DNA from: an uncultured Eubacteriales bacterium
GTDB lineage: Bacteria; Bacillota; Clostridia; Oscillospirales; CAG-272
Direction of reading: 5' to 3'
NCBI GenBank assembly: GCA_934432675.1
Contig: CAKRYT010000004.1
Coordinates: 19,570-83,569 of the forward strand
DNA: 64,000 nt
The stretch's first letter is position 1. Each line of letters begins with the position of its first letter. Made by a program: the position numbers and the translations under genes. The notes beneath the pieces were generated by a model. It ran no database searches. It worked only from the letters and a program-made list of their open reading frames with translations, and was not told where the DNA came from. Positions 7,475 through 16,376 of the stretch are shown piece after piece.

Positions 7475-8593
7475 ATGAAAGTTAAAATCGCTTTTGTTGC
7501 AATTTTGCTTTGTCTTCTGTTGCCATGTCTCATCGCATGCGGCAACAACAAAGATGTCTATGCGAAAAACGCGGAAAAAGGCTTTACCTCCCGCGTGACC
7601 TACGACTTCGGAGACGGGCTTCTGGACGGGAAGAGCACGCTGATCTGGCTTACCTCCCCCACCGCTCCCCTGCCGGAGCCGGGTGTGACCGTGGCGTCAC
7701 CGTCCATCGCCACTCCCATCCTCGCGGGGCACCACGTCGAGGGCTACTACGTCAAGAACGCCGACGGCAGTGAGCGTGACTGGGACTTTGCCACCGACCG
7801 CGCCGAGGGAGACGTCACGCTGTATGCGAGATGGCGACCCGATTACGCCGTGCGCGTCCTGTACGGCGATGACTTCGGGCAGTCCTATTCCATCCCGGTC
7901 ACGGCAGGCGACGAGTACTCGACGCTGCGCTCTACCGAATGGACCGGTCATACCTTCTACGGTTTCTATGAGGATGCCGCGTGCAGCATCCCCCTGACCT
8001 TCCCCTACACGCCGGCAGTCAGTGCGGAGAACCCGACCGTCACCGTCTATGCCCGCTACATTGAGGGCACCTACACCGTGATCCGCCAAGCCTCCGATTT
8101 CTCGAAGGCGATCAAGACCGGTACCAACTACTACATCGACGCCGACATCGACCTGACCGGTATTGCGATCGACATCAAGGAATTCTACTCCGGCCGCTTT
8201 ATCGGGAACGGGCATACCGTCAAAGGCTTACAGGTGGTCCGCAAGCAGGGGAAGAGCACGGAAAACTACGGTCTGTTCGGAACCGTCACCGGCTCGGCGG
8301 TGTTTGAGAACATCACGTTTGAGGATGTCAAAGTCACCGTCCACCTGAACAACGAAAGCAACCCCAACACCGAAAACAGTTGCATCGGCGTGCTCGCCGG
8401 TTCCGTCGACGAGGGTGCCACCTTCACCAACGTGAAGATCACCGGCTCCCTGACCTACTACTGCTACGATCGCGGTCTGACACTGCCGGGCGTCGGCGAC
8501 ATCTTCGGATACTGCGCTCCGAGCGTCAATACCGACACGATCGAGGCGACCGTCACCGTGACGCAGGTCACGGGTGCCCCCGCCGCCAAATAA
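7475..8593 (+). CDS. Lipoprotein with Listeria-Bacteroides (Flg_new) repeats and a GLUG-motif domain
   Basis: Signal plus lipobox MKVKIAFVAILLCLLLPCLIAC|GNN. Two repeats end in ...GHHVEGYYVKNADG...DVTLYARW and ...GHTFYGFYEDAAC...TVTVYARY. The GLUG-like segment is GRFIGNGHTVKGLQV...NYGLFGTVTGS...IGVLAGSV. The start was trimmed from 7397 to the ATG at 7475. Confidence 0.8.
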   Translation: MKVKIAFVAILLCLLLPCLIACGNNKDVYAKNAEKGFTSRVTYDFGDGLLDGKSTLIWLTSPTAPLPEPGVTVASPSIATPILAGHHVEGYYVKNADGSERDWDFATDRAEGDVTLYARWRPDYAVRVLYGDDFGQSYSIPVTAGDEYSTLRSTEWTGHTFYGFYEDAACSIPLTFPYTPAVSAENPTVTVYARYIEGTYTVIRQASDFSKAIKTGTNYYIDADIDLTGIAIDIKEFYSGRFIGNGHTVKGLQVVRKQGKSTENYGLFGTVTGSAVFENITFEDVKVTVHLNNESNPNTENSCIGVLAGSVDEGATFTNVKITGSLTYYCYDRGLTLPGVGDIFGYCAPSVNTDTIEATVTVTQVTGAPAAK

Positions 8594-8634
8594 CCCATTT
8601 TTCCACGACTCATTATTTAAGGAGATATAATTAA

Positions 8635-11184
8635 ATGAAGAAAACGCTCATAAGAGTCTTGTGCGCGACCTTGTGTGTCTGCGCTCTCCTGCCGCTGGTG
8701 ACCGCCTGCGGCTGCAACAACAAGAAGAACAATTATTCCAACGAGGAAACCCCGCTCGTTCTCGCGAGCGAGGCACTTGACGGCGTGTTCAACCCGTTCT
8801 TCTACACCAGCGGTGCCGACGGCTCCGTCGTCGCCCTCACCCAGATCGGGATGCTGAACACCGATGAAAACGGTAAACTCGCCTGCGGCTGGGATCGTGA
8901 CTGCGTCACCCTCGCCTATACCGTCGTGACCCACGGCTCCAAAGAGCAGTACGACATCTCGCAGGACTATAACGACTACTACACCGAGTACTCCTTCGCC
9001 ATCAAGAACGGCATCAAGTTCTCGAACGGCGAGACCCTCTCCGGCAAGGACGTGCTCTTCAACCTGTATACCCTCCTCGACCCGAGTTACACCGGCTCTT
9101 CCACCCTGTACTCCGTCAACATCAAGGGCCTGAAAGCCTACCGTGCACAGACCTACAACGAAAACGAGCAGGATCAGCTGGATGCGAAATTCGCCGCAGA
9201 GGCTGCCGCCCGCATCAACGACGTGTTGGCATGGTGCCGCGACGAGCACGCCCCGAAAGACGCGATGACCCAGCAGCAGAAAGAAGTCATCGAAAAAGCA
9301 AAGACCTTCTTCCGTGAAGAACTCGTTTCCGAGTGGGCATCTGCCGACTCCTCCAAGGAATCCTACGAAAAATACGGCTTCACCGAGACCTGGCAGGTCT
9401 TCCTCTATCTGGAAGGCTTTATCACGGTCAAGTCCGAGAAGATCAAAAACGCCGAAGGCAAATTCGACACCAAGTACACGGTGGATTACAACGATACCGA
9501 CAAGTACCAGGACAAGTCCAAGGAAGCCCTCATCGACAGAGTGTACAACTCCTTCACCAGTGAAACGGCTCCCCTCTCCTCCTACAAGGACAACTTCCGC
9601 AAGATTATCGGCGGCGGTACGGCGACGGCGTCCAACCTGCGCGAGTACTACAAGTCCGTTTGCATTTCCGAATATTTCAAGCAGTACGACCGGCTCCAAG
9701 TACCGAATATTTCCGGTATCACGCTGACCCGCGGCAACACTCTCCCGACGAACGATACCGGTGCTACCCAGGCACTCGGTGAGGAGTGCGAGATCCTGAA
9801 AATCATCGTCAACGGCGTTGACCCGAAGGCAATCTACAACTTCTCCTTCACCGTAACGCCTATGAGCTACTACTCTACCGAAGAAGAGATCAACAAATAC
9901 TCCTACGAGAACAACCACTTCGGTGTTGCTTTCGCAGACAGCGATTTCTTTGAACAGATGCAGATCAAACAGGTCCCCGTCGGCGCAGGTCCCTACAAGG
10001 CGACGACCGCCAACACCGACTGCGAAGCAGAGGGGTCCATCCCGAAGAAAAACGACTTCTTCCGTGACAACGTCGTTTACTACGAAAGAAACAATAATTT
10101 CTACACGGTGTTCGGTAACGATACGAGCAAGAATGCCAAGATCAGGAAGGTTCGTTACAAGGTTATTTCCACCGACCAGATGTACAACGCCGTCACCGGC
10201 GCAAACCCGGAGGTCTACTACTCCGAGCCGCAGGCGACCCCGGACAACATGAAGAAACTCGCCGACGCCAAGGGTATCGGTGTGGAACTCGCCGATAACC
10301 TCGGCTACGGTTATATCGGTATCAACGCCAAGTACGTGAAGGAGATCGAGGTACGCCGCGCCATCATGTACTGCCTGGATACCAGCCTGTGCGTGGAATA
10401 CTACGGCTCCTACGCCTCCGCGATCTACCGCTCCATGTCCTCCAACTCCTGGGCATACCCGGCAGGGTGCATGCCCTACTACGCCGAAAAGTCGTACGAC
10501 AACTGCAAGTGCGACGCCGAGGGGAACGTCATCAGTATCGGCAAATTCAACGCAGAGAAAGCACAGCAGTCCGCCCTTGCCGAAGTACAGGCGGCCGGCT
10601 ACTCCATCGGTAAAGACGGTAAACTTGTCAATGCAAAGAATGAGAAACTGACCTTCACCTTCACGATCGCCGGTGACTCGACCGACCACCCGGCGTGGAG
10701 AACGATGGATAAGGCAGCCAAACTGCTGAACGAGATCGGCTTTGACGTCACCGTGACCAAGGACGCGAACGCCCTCTCCAAACTCTCCTCCGGTACGCTT
10801 GCCGTCTGGGCGGCCGCCTGGTCCTCCACCATCGACCCGGATATGTACCAGGTCTACCACAAGGATTCCTCCGCGACCTCCATCCGCAACTGGGGCTTCC
10901 CCTACATCATGGAGGAGGGGACGGAAGAGGAGAATGACCTGCTCGACCGCCTCGCGGAGCTCATCGAGGACGGCCGCGCGACGATCGTCGAAAAGGACCG
11001 CAAAGGCATCTACTCCGACGCGCTTGATACCGTTATGGAACTCGCCGTCGAGTGCCCGACCTACCAGAGAAAGAATCTCTATATCTGGAACAGCACGGTC
11101 ATCGATTCCTCCACGCTCTGCAAGGCGACTGCCTACCAGTCTCCCTTCTCCCGCATCTGGGAAATCAGTTTCGTCCAGGGCTGA
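8635..11184 (+). CDS. ABC transporter substrate-binding lipoprotein, peptide/nickel (family 5) type, unusually long at 849 aa
   Basis: Lipobox LLPLVTAC|GCNN. Family-5 SBP-like segments: IKNGIKFSNGETLSGKDVLFNL, YKVISTDQMYNAVTGA, GYGYIGINAKY, and AAAWSSTIDPDMYQVYH. RBS AAGGAG upstream. It is followed by cognate permeases and ATPases. Confidence 0.88.
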   Translation: MKKTLIRVLCATLCVCALLPLVTACGCNNKKNNYSNEETPLVLASEALDGVFNPFFYTSGADGSVVALTQIGMLNTDENGKLACGWDRDCVTLAYTVVTHGSKEQYDISQDYNDYYTEYSFAIKNGIKFSNGETLSGKDVLFNLYTLLDPSYTGSSTLYSVNIKGLKAYRAQTYNENEQDQLDAKFAAEAAARINDVLAWCRDEHAPKDAMTQQQKEVIEKAKTFFREELVSEWASADSSKESYEKYGFTETWQVFLYLEGFITVKSEKIKNAEGKFDTKYTVDYNDTDKYQDKSKEALIDRVYNSFTSETAPLSSYKDNFRKIIGGGTATASNLREYYKSVCISEYFKQYDRLQVPNISGITLTRGNTLPTNDTGATQALGEECEILKIIVNGVDPKAIYNFSFTVTPMSYYSTEEEINKYSYENNHFGVAFADSDFFEQMQIKQVPVGAGPYKATTANTDCEAEGSIPKKNDFFRDNVVYYERNNNFYTVFGNDTSKNAKIRKVRYKVISTDQMYNAVTGANPEVYYSEPQATPDNMKKLADAKGIGVELADNLGYGYIGINAKYVKEIEVRRAIMYCLDTSLCVEYYGSYASAIYRSMSSNSWAYPAGCMPYYAEKSYDNCKCDAEGNVISIGKFNAEKAQQSALAEVQAAGYSIGKDGKLVNAKNEKLTFTFTIAGDSTDHPAWRTMDKAAKLLNEIGFDVTVTKDANALSKLSSGTLAVWAAAWSSTIDPDMYQVYHKDSSATSIRNWGFPYIMEEGTEEENDLLDRLAELIEDGRATIVEKDRKGIYSDALDTVMELAVECPTYQRKNLYIWNSTVIDSSTLCKATAYQSPFSRIWEISFVQG

Positions 11185-11362
11185 TACGCAGAGAGAGAGA
11201 TCTTACAACACGATTTTATCCATGATCTGACCTCTTTGTACAGGGCGCAACGGCATGCAGCGGGGTAACTCTCTGCCGCTTGCCAATGCGCTTTGTGCTT
11301 TGTCATCCCATCGGCGGTCTCACGGCATTTTCCACCTACCCAACAAGAAAGGTCCGGCTAGT

Positions 11363-12355
11363 ATGACTAAATACATCATCAAACGCCTGCTTTATTCCAT
11401 ACTGATTCTCTTTTGCGTGTCACTCATCATTTACTTCCTCGTCCGCTTGCTCCCGACCAACTTCGTCACGCAGAAGTTCCGTTCCCAGCTCGACCAGGGG
11501 ACGGTCAGTCAGGAAGACATTGACGCAATGCTGAAACTCTATGGTCTTTACGACGACTCCTTCACGGGGATCCTCAAAGGCTACTGGGGCTGGCTGACGA
11601 GCGCGATCAGGGGTGACCTGGGAATATCTTTCAAATTCAACGACAAGGTATCCACCGTCATCACCACCTATATGTGGATTTCGTTCACGATTTCCGCCGT
11701 GGCACTCGTCCTCGAATTCATCATTGCGATCCCGCTCGGCATCTATTCCGCGACGCACCAGTACGGATGGTCCGACTACCTCGTCACCGTGCTCGCGATG
11801 ATCGGTATATCGCTCCCGTCGTTCTTCCTCGGGTCCCTGCTCATCAAGATATTCGGCGTAGACCTCGGATGGTTGCCGATGCAGGGGCTTGTGGACGCGA
11901 CCGCCGACTATACCGGTTTTGCCGCCGTCCTCGATAAGGCAAGGCACTGCATACTGCCGATGCTGACGCTCGTCATCCTCTCGATCGGCGGGCTCATGCG
12001 TTACACGCGCACCAACACCCTTGAAGTGCTGAATGCGGACTATATCCGCACCGCACGAGCCAAGGGGCTCTCGGAGCACGACGTGGTGTACAAGCACGTG
12101 TTCCGCAACACCATGATCCCGCTCGTCACCATGATGGCAGGGACGCTGCCGAGCCTGTTCTCCGGTGCCATGATCACCGAGGAAATCTTCTCCTTACAGG
12201 GGATCGGGCAGAAGGCGTACCAGGCACTCTGTGCCGGTGACATCCCGTTCATCATGGGCTACAATATGTTCCTCGCCATTCTGACCGTCATCGGCACGTT
12301 CCTGACGGATATTGCCTATATGCTCGTTGACCCGCGTGTCAAACTCTTGAAGTAA
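11363..12355 (+). CDS. ABC transporter permease (OppB/DppB-like)
   Basis: MTKYIIKRLLYSILILFCVSLIIYFLVRLLP... N-terminus, plus the EAA-loop region YIRTARAKGLSEHDVVYKHVFRNTMIPLVT. The start was trimmed from 11255 to 11363. Confidence 0.9.
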   Translation: MTKYIIKRLLYSILILFCVSLIIYFLVRLLPTNFVTQKFRSQLDQGTVSQEDIDAMLKLYGLYDDSFTGILKGYWGWLTSAIRGDLGISFKFNDKVSTVITTYMWISFTISAVALVLEFIIAIPLGIYSATHQYGWSDYLVTVLAMIGISLPSFFLGSLLIKIFGVDLGWLPMQGLVDATADYTGFAAVLDKARHCILPMLTLVILSIGGLMRYTRTNTLEVLNADYIRTARAKGLSEHDVVYKHVFRNTMIPLVTMMAGTLPSLFSGAMITEEIFSLQGIGQKAYQALCAGDIPFIMGYNMFLAILTVIGTFLTDIAYMLVDPRVKLLK

Positions 12356-12369
12356 GGAGGAGAATCGTC

Positions 12370-13656
12370 ATGAAAAAACGCGAACTGGAAACCAGAACAG
12401 ACGTTCCCTCTCCGGAAGAGACCGCGGAGTTGACCGGCACGGTCCCCGGGGCCGAGACCCTGCCCGACGCAGATCACCTCACCCCGGAGGCAGAACGCCT
12501 CGCCCCCGAGGGGGACGGGGCCGCACCCGTAGCGGAAACCGTCCTGCCCGCGGAGAACGTTGCCGCAGAGGATACCACGGACAACGCCTACGCGGAAGAA
12601 AATGAGAGTTTCGCCGACAACGTGCGGATCATCTCCCCGATGCGACTGGTGCTCCAACGGTTTTTCCGCTCCCGCCTCTCCATGGTCGGTCTTGTGACCA
12701 TGGTCCTGCTCCTGCTCTTCTGCTTTGTGGGGCCCCTCTTCATCGGCTGGGGTGAGCAGGAAGTCGATTCCAACGCCGGCAGTGAGGAGATTATCCCCAT
12801 GACCGTGACCTACACGGGTCCCGACGGCAAACAGTATGAAGCGGTGCGTGTGGATATCCACACCTACAAAGAAAACAAGTTTGCCCCCTGTTTCAACGTC
12901 TCCGTCAATGAAAACGGCAAGAAAGCCGTCCACATTCTGGGCACGGATGACCAGGGTTACGACGTACTCGTCCGTCTGATGTACGGTGGCAGAATCTCCC
13001 TTTCCCTCTCCCTGCTCGTCGTGTTCGTGAACACCCTGATCGGTGTCGTCCTCGGCGGCCTCGCCGGTTTCTTCGGCAAATGGGTCGATATGCTTATCAT
13101 GCGTATCGTGGATATCATCAACTGTATCCCGACCCTGCCGATCCTGCTGATCATCAGCGCGATTCTCTCCGCGTACAACACCAAGGGGCCGGAGGCGCAG
13201 GCAATCTACATCGACAAATCCTTCAATATTTATATTCTGATGGGCGTCCTGACGCTCATCTCGTGGACGGGTGCCGCCCGGCTCGTGCGCGGTCAGATCC
13301 TCTCACTGCGTGAGCAGGAGTACATGACGGCGTGTGAAGCCCTCGGCGTGCCGAACAGCAGACGGATTTTCAAGCATCTGGTCCCGAACATCATGCCGCA
13401 GCTCATCGTTTCGATGACGCTCTCCCTCGGCAGTATGATTCTGTACGAGGCAACGCTGGGGTACCTCGACCTCGGCGTGCCGTACCCGAAGGCCTCTTGG
13501 GGGAATATTATCTTCCTCGCCAAGAAGCCGAATATCCTCAGTAATTTCCCGAACATCTGGATCCCCGCCGGCATTTGCATCGTGCTCGCCGTCCTCGCCT
13601 TCAACTTCATCGGCGACGGTCTGCGTGACGCGCTCGACCCGAGAATGAAACGATAA
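12370..13656 (+). CDS. ABC transporter permease (OppC/DppC-like) with a roughly 90-aa acidic/Pro-rich N-terminal extension
   Basis: OppC-type N-domain (...HILGTDDQGYDVLVRLMYGG), the EAA loop EYMTACEALGVPNSRRIFKHLVPNIMPQLIV, and the C-terminus FNFIGDGLRDALDPR. RBS AGGAGGAG upstream. Confidence 0.9.
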   Translation: MKKRELETRTDVPSPEETAELTGTVPGAETLPDADHLTPEAERLAPEGDGAAPVAETVLPAENVAAEDTTDNAYAEENESFADNVRIISPMRLVLQRFFRSRLSMVGLVTMVLLLLFCFVGPLFIGWGEQEVDSNAGSEEIIPMTVTYTGPDGKQYEAVRVDIHTYKENKFAPCFNVSVNENGKKAVHILGTDDQGYDVLVRLMYGGRISLSLSLLVVFVNTLIGVVLGGLAGFFGKWVDMLIMRIVDIINCIPTLPILLIISAILSAYNTKGPEAQAIYIDKSFNIYILMGVLTLISWTGAARLVRGQILSLREQEYMTACEALGVPNSRRIFKHLVPNIMPQLIVSMTLSLGSMILYEATLGYLDLGVPYPKASWGNIIFLAKKPNILSNFPNIWIPAGICIVLAVLAFNFIGDGLRDALDPRMKR

Positions 13657-13674
13657 CGGAGGCTGGCTGTAACT

Positions 13675-14982
13675 ATGGCAGAAAAGCATTATTTATCCGC
13701 AACAGAGCTCCGGAAGATCTCCCGCGAGAACATGAAGATCACCGCGGCTTACGAAAAGAAGAAAAAGCAGAAGGTCGATCCCGCCACCTACGAAACGGAG
13801 ATGCGGGACCCGAACAACGTCCTCGAAATCGAGGATCTGCATACTTTCTTCTTCACGGACGCCGGTGTTGTCAAATCGGTCAACGGCGTTTCCTTTGAGA
13901 TTCCGCAGGGCAAGATCGTCGGCGTCGTCGGCGAGTCCGGCTGCGGCAAGAGCGTCACTTCCCTCTCCGTCATGCAGCTGGTGCAGGCACCGCAGGGACA
14001 GATCGTGGACGGCAGCATCCGCTTCCGCACGTCGGAACTCTGCCTCGGCGAGAACCATAAACCGATCCCCGTCTGGGAACTTGACGAAAACGGCGAGCCC
14101 CTGACCGAGGAGATCACCGATAAGCACGGCAAGACCGTCACCGTCAAGGTGCAGAAAAAGGACAAGGACGGTTTCCCCGTCTTTCTGCGGCAGGACAAAG
14201 TGGTCGATATCGCCAAGATGCCGACCGCCGATATGCGTAAAATCCGCGGCAGAGAGATCTCGATGATTTTCCAGGAGCCGATGACGAGTCTGAACCCCGT
14301 GTTCACGATCGGTTATCAGCTCGACGAGGTGATTCTTGTCAACACGCCGGGCGTCACACGCAAGGACGCAAAAGCCAGGAGCATCGAAATGCTCGGTCAG
14401 GTCGGCATCGCCGCCCCCGAGGCGGTGTACGCCAAGTATCCGCACGAACTCTCCGGCGGTATGCGGCAGCGGGTGATGATCGCGATGGCAATCGCCTGCA
14501 ACCCGAAACTCATCATTGCCGACGAGCCGACGACCGCCCTCGACGTGACCATTCAGGCACAGATCCTCGATCTTCTGAAAGAACTGAAAGACCGTATCAA
14601 CGGCTCTATCATGCTCATCACCCACGACCTCGGCGTCATCGCCGGTATGGCGGACTACGTGGTCATCATGTACGCCGGTCGGATTATCGAAAAGGGCACC
14701 GTCTACGACATTTTCGATGACCCCAGGCACCCTTACACCATTGGTCTGCAAAAGTCCAAGCCCGTTGTCAACCGGGATACGGACTGGCTCTATTGCATCC
14801 CCGGCCGGGTGCCGAACCCGGTCGACCTGCCCGACACCTGCTACTTCAAGGATCGTTGCCGCAACTGCACGGCGGTGTGCAACGGTCCGTACCCGCCCCT
14901 GATGAAGATCTCGGACACCCACTACGTGGCGTGCTACCGCGCCGCCGAAATGCCCGGTTTGGAGGAGAACAATGGAAAATAA
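13675..14982 (+). CDS. ABC transporter ATP-binding protein (OppD-like) with an N-terminal extension and an internal insert
   Basis: Walker [10 protein letters not shown]-loop MIFQEP, signature LSGGMRQRV, Walker [14 protein letters not shown]-loop ITHDL, and the oligopeptide C-terminal Cys motif. About 55-60 extra residues lie between Walker A and the Q-loop (about 14038-14209). Confidence 0.92.
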   Translation: MAEKHYLSATELRKISRENMKITAAYEKKKKQKVDPATYETEMRDPNNVLEIEDLHTFFFTDAGVVKSVNGVSFEIPQGKIVGVVGESGCGKSVTSLSVMQLVQAPQGQIVDGSIRFRTSELCLGENHKPIPVWELDENGEPLTEEITDKHGKTVTVKVQKKDKDGFPVFLRQDKVVDIAKMPTADMRKIRGREISMIFQEPMTSLNPVFTIGYQLDEVILVNTPGVTRKDAKARSIEMLGQVGIAAPEAVYAKYPHELSGGMRQRVMIAMAIACNPKLIIADEPTTALDVTIQAQILDLLKELKDRINGSIMLITHDLGVIAGMADYVVIMYAGRIIEKGTVYDIFDDPRHPYTIGLQKSKPVVNRDTDWLYCIPGRVPNPVDLPDTCYFKDRCRNCTAVCNGPYPPLMKISDTHYVACYRAAEMPGLEENNGK

Positions 14983-16033
14983 CGAGAATATCCTCCTGCA
15001 AGTGGAGCACCTCAAAAAATACTTTGTCGCAGGCAAAGACTTTTTCGGCAAGCCCGTTTCGTTTCTGAAAGCGGTCGATGACGTCTCCTTCTCCATGCCG
15101 CGCGCATCCACCTTGGGCATCGTCGGTGAGTCGGGCTGTGGTAAGACCACGCTCGGCAGAACGATCCTCCACCTGCACGACATCACGGGCGGTCAGATCA
15201 TCTACGACGGCGAGGACATCACGCATTATTCGCGCAGGCAACTCATGCCTCTGCGCCGTAAGATGCAGATCGTCTTCCAGGACCCCTATTCCAGCCTCCC
15301 GCCGCGTATGACGGTCGGCGAGATCATCTCCGAGCCGGTCATGATCCACAAGATCGTGCCGAAAGACGAGATCAACGAATACGTCCTCGATATTATGAAG
15401 AAGTGCGGCCTCCGCGACTTCTACTATGACCGTTACCCGCACGAGTTTTCGGGTGGTCAGCGGCAGAGGATCTGCATTGCGCGTGCGCTTGCCGTAAAGC
15501 CCGAATTCGTGGTGTGTGACGAGCCCGTCTCTGCCCTGGACGTTTCCATTCAGGCACAGATCGTCAATTTGCTGAAAGAATTGCAGATGGAAATGGGGCT
15601 GACGTACCTCTTCATCTCCCACGACCTCTCGGTCGTCAAGCACATTTCCACCCACGTCGGCGTTATGTACCTCGGCTCGCTCGTCGAGATCGGGACCAAA
15701 AAGCAGATCTTCGATACGCCCTCCCACCCCTACACACAGGCTCTTCTGTCCGCCGCACCGGTGCCGGATCCCCACGTCAAGGTGGACCGCATCGTTCTCG
15801 ACGGCGATATTCCCTCTCCGATCAACTGCCCGCCCGGCTGTAAATTCCATACGCGCTGCTCGAAGTGCATGGATATCTGCCGTGAGAAGCGTCCTGCCCT
15901 GACCGATCTCGGTGACGGGCACAAGGTCGCCTGCTTCCTCTGCGGCTCCGAGCCGGAGGAGGACCCACTCGGAGAGCCCGAGACGGTCACCGCCCCCGAA
16001 GCGGAGCCCGTCGGTGAAACGGTGCAAGCATGA
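14972..16033 (+). CDS. ABC transporter ATP-binding protein (OppF-like)
   Basis: Walker A GESGCGKTT, FQDPYSSL, FSGGQRQRI, Walker B FVVCDEPVSALD, SHDL, and C-terminal CPPGCKFHTRC. It overlaps the upstream gene by 11 nt. Confidence 0.93.
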   Translation: MENNENILLQVEHLKKYFVAGKDFFGKPVSFLKAVDDVSFSMPRASTLGIVGESGCGKTTLGRTILHLHDITGGQIIYDGEDITHYSRRQLMPLRRKMQIVFQDPYSSLPPRMTVGEIISEPVMIHKIVPKDEINEYVLDIMKKCGLRDFYYDRYPHEFSGGQRQRICIARALAVKPEFVVCDEPVSALDVSIQAQIVNLLKELQMEMGLTYLFISHDLSVVKHISTHVGVMYLGSLVEIGTKKQIFDTPSHPYTQALLSAAPVPDPHVKVDRIVLDGDIPSPINCPPGCKFHTRCSKCMDICREKRPALTDLGDGHKVACFLCGSEPEEDPLGEPETVTAPEAEPVGETVQA

Positions 16034-16311
16034 GCGAAGAAAAGAAAAACAAGAAGAAAAAGAAAACCTCCGATACGCCGATCGACGACGGCAGAGTCAT
16101 CGTCGATATGAACGTGGAGGGGATGCCCTGGTACAACAAAAACAGCCGCGGGGAAAAGAAAAAGAAGGAAAAGAATGACCCTGACCGCCCCACGGCCAAA
16201 GAAACGAGAGCCATGATCATCGCCGCGTACAAGGCCTATCTCCCCTACCTGCTCATCATCCTCGGCGTCATGGGAATCGTCTACGTCATCGGATATCTTT
16301 ACCTGAAATAA
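16030..16311 (+). CDS. Small Lys-rich single-pass membrane protein (93 aa), unknown function
   Basis: ATGA overlap with the OppF-like stop (16030-16033). It has a highly basic N-terminal part (KKNKKKKK, KKKKEK) followed by one TM helix, YLPYLLIILGVMGIVYVIGYLYL. No family is recognised. Confidence 0.5.
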   Translation: MSEEKKNKKKKKTSDTPIDDGRVIVDMNVEGMPWYNKNSRGEKKKKEKNDPDRPTAKETRAMIIAAYKAYLPYLLIILGVMGIVYVIGYLYLK

Positions 16312-16376
16312 TCTGTCCCATATTCCCGCGAGCGTGCTGTATCCGGCGTGCTTCATAATACGATAAGGATCACAAA

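Noticed and set aside
8617-10860. 747-aa minus-strand ORF antisense to the substrate-binding protein gene. The same applies to the ORFs at 11420..12097, 12316..12933, 13693..15186 and 14846..16027, which are antisense to the ABC transporter genes.
   Set aside because: The translations are low-complexity Gly/Val/Arg/Asp-rich strings with no signal, RBS or recognisable motif. The plus-strand frames contain unmistakable lipobox, permease EAA-loop and Walker motifs. Long stop-free antisense frames are expected in high-GC3 coding DNA.
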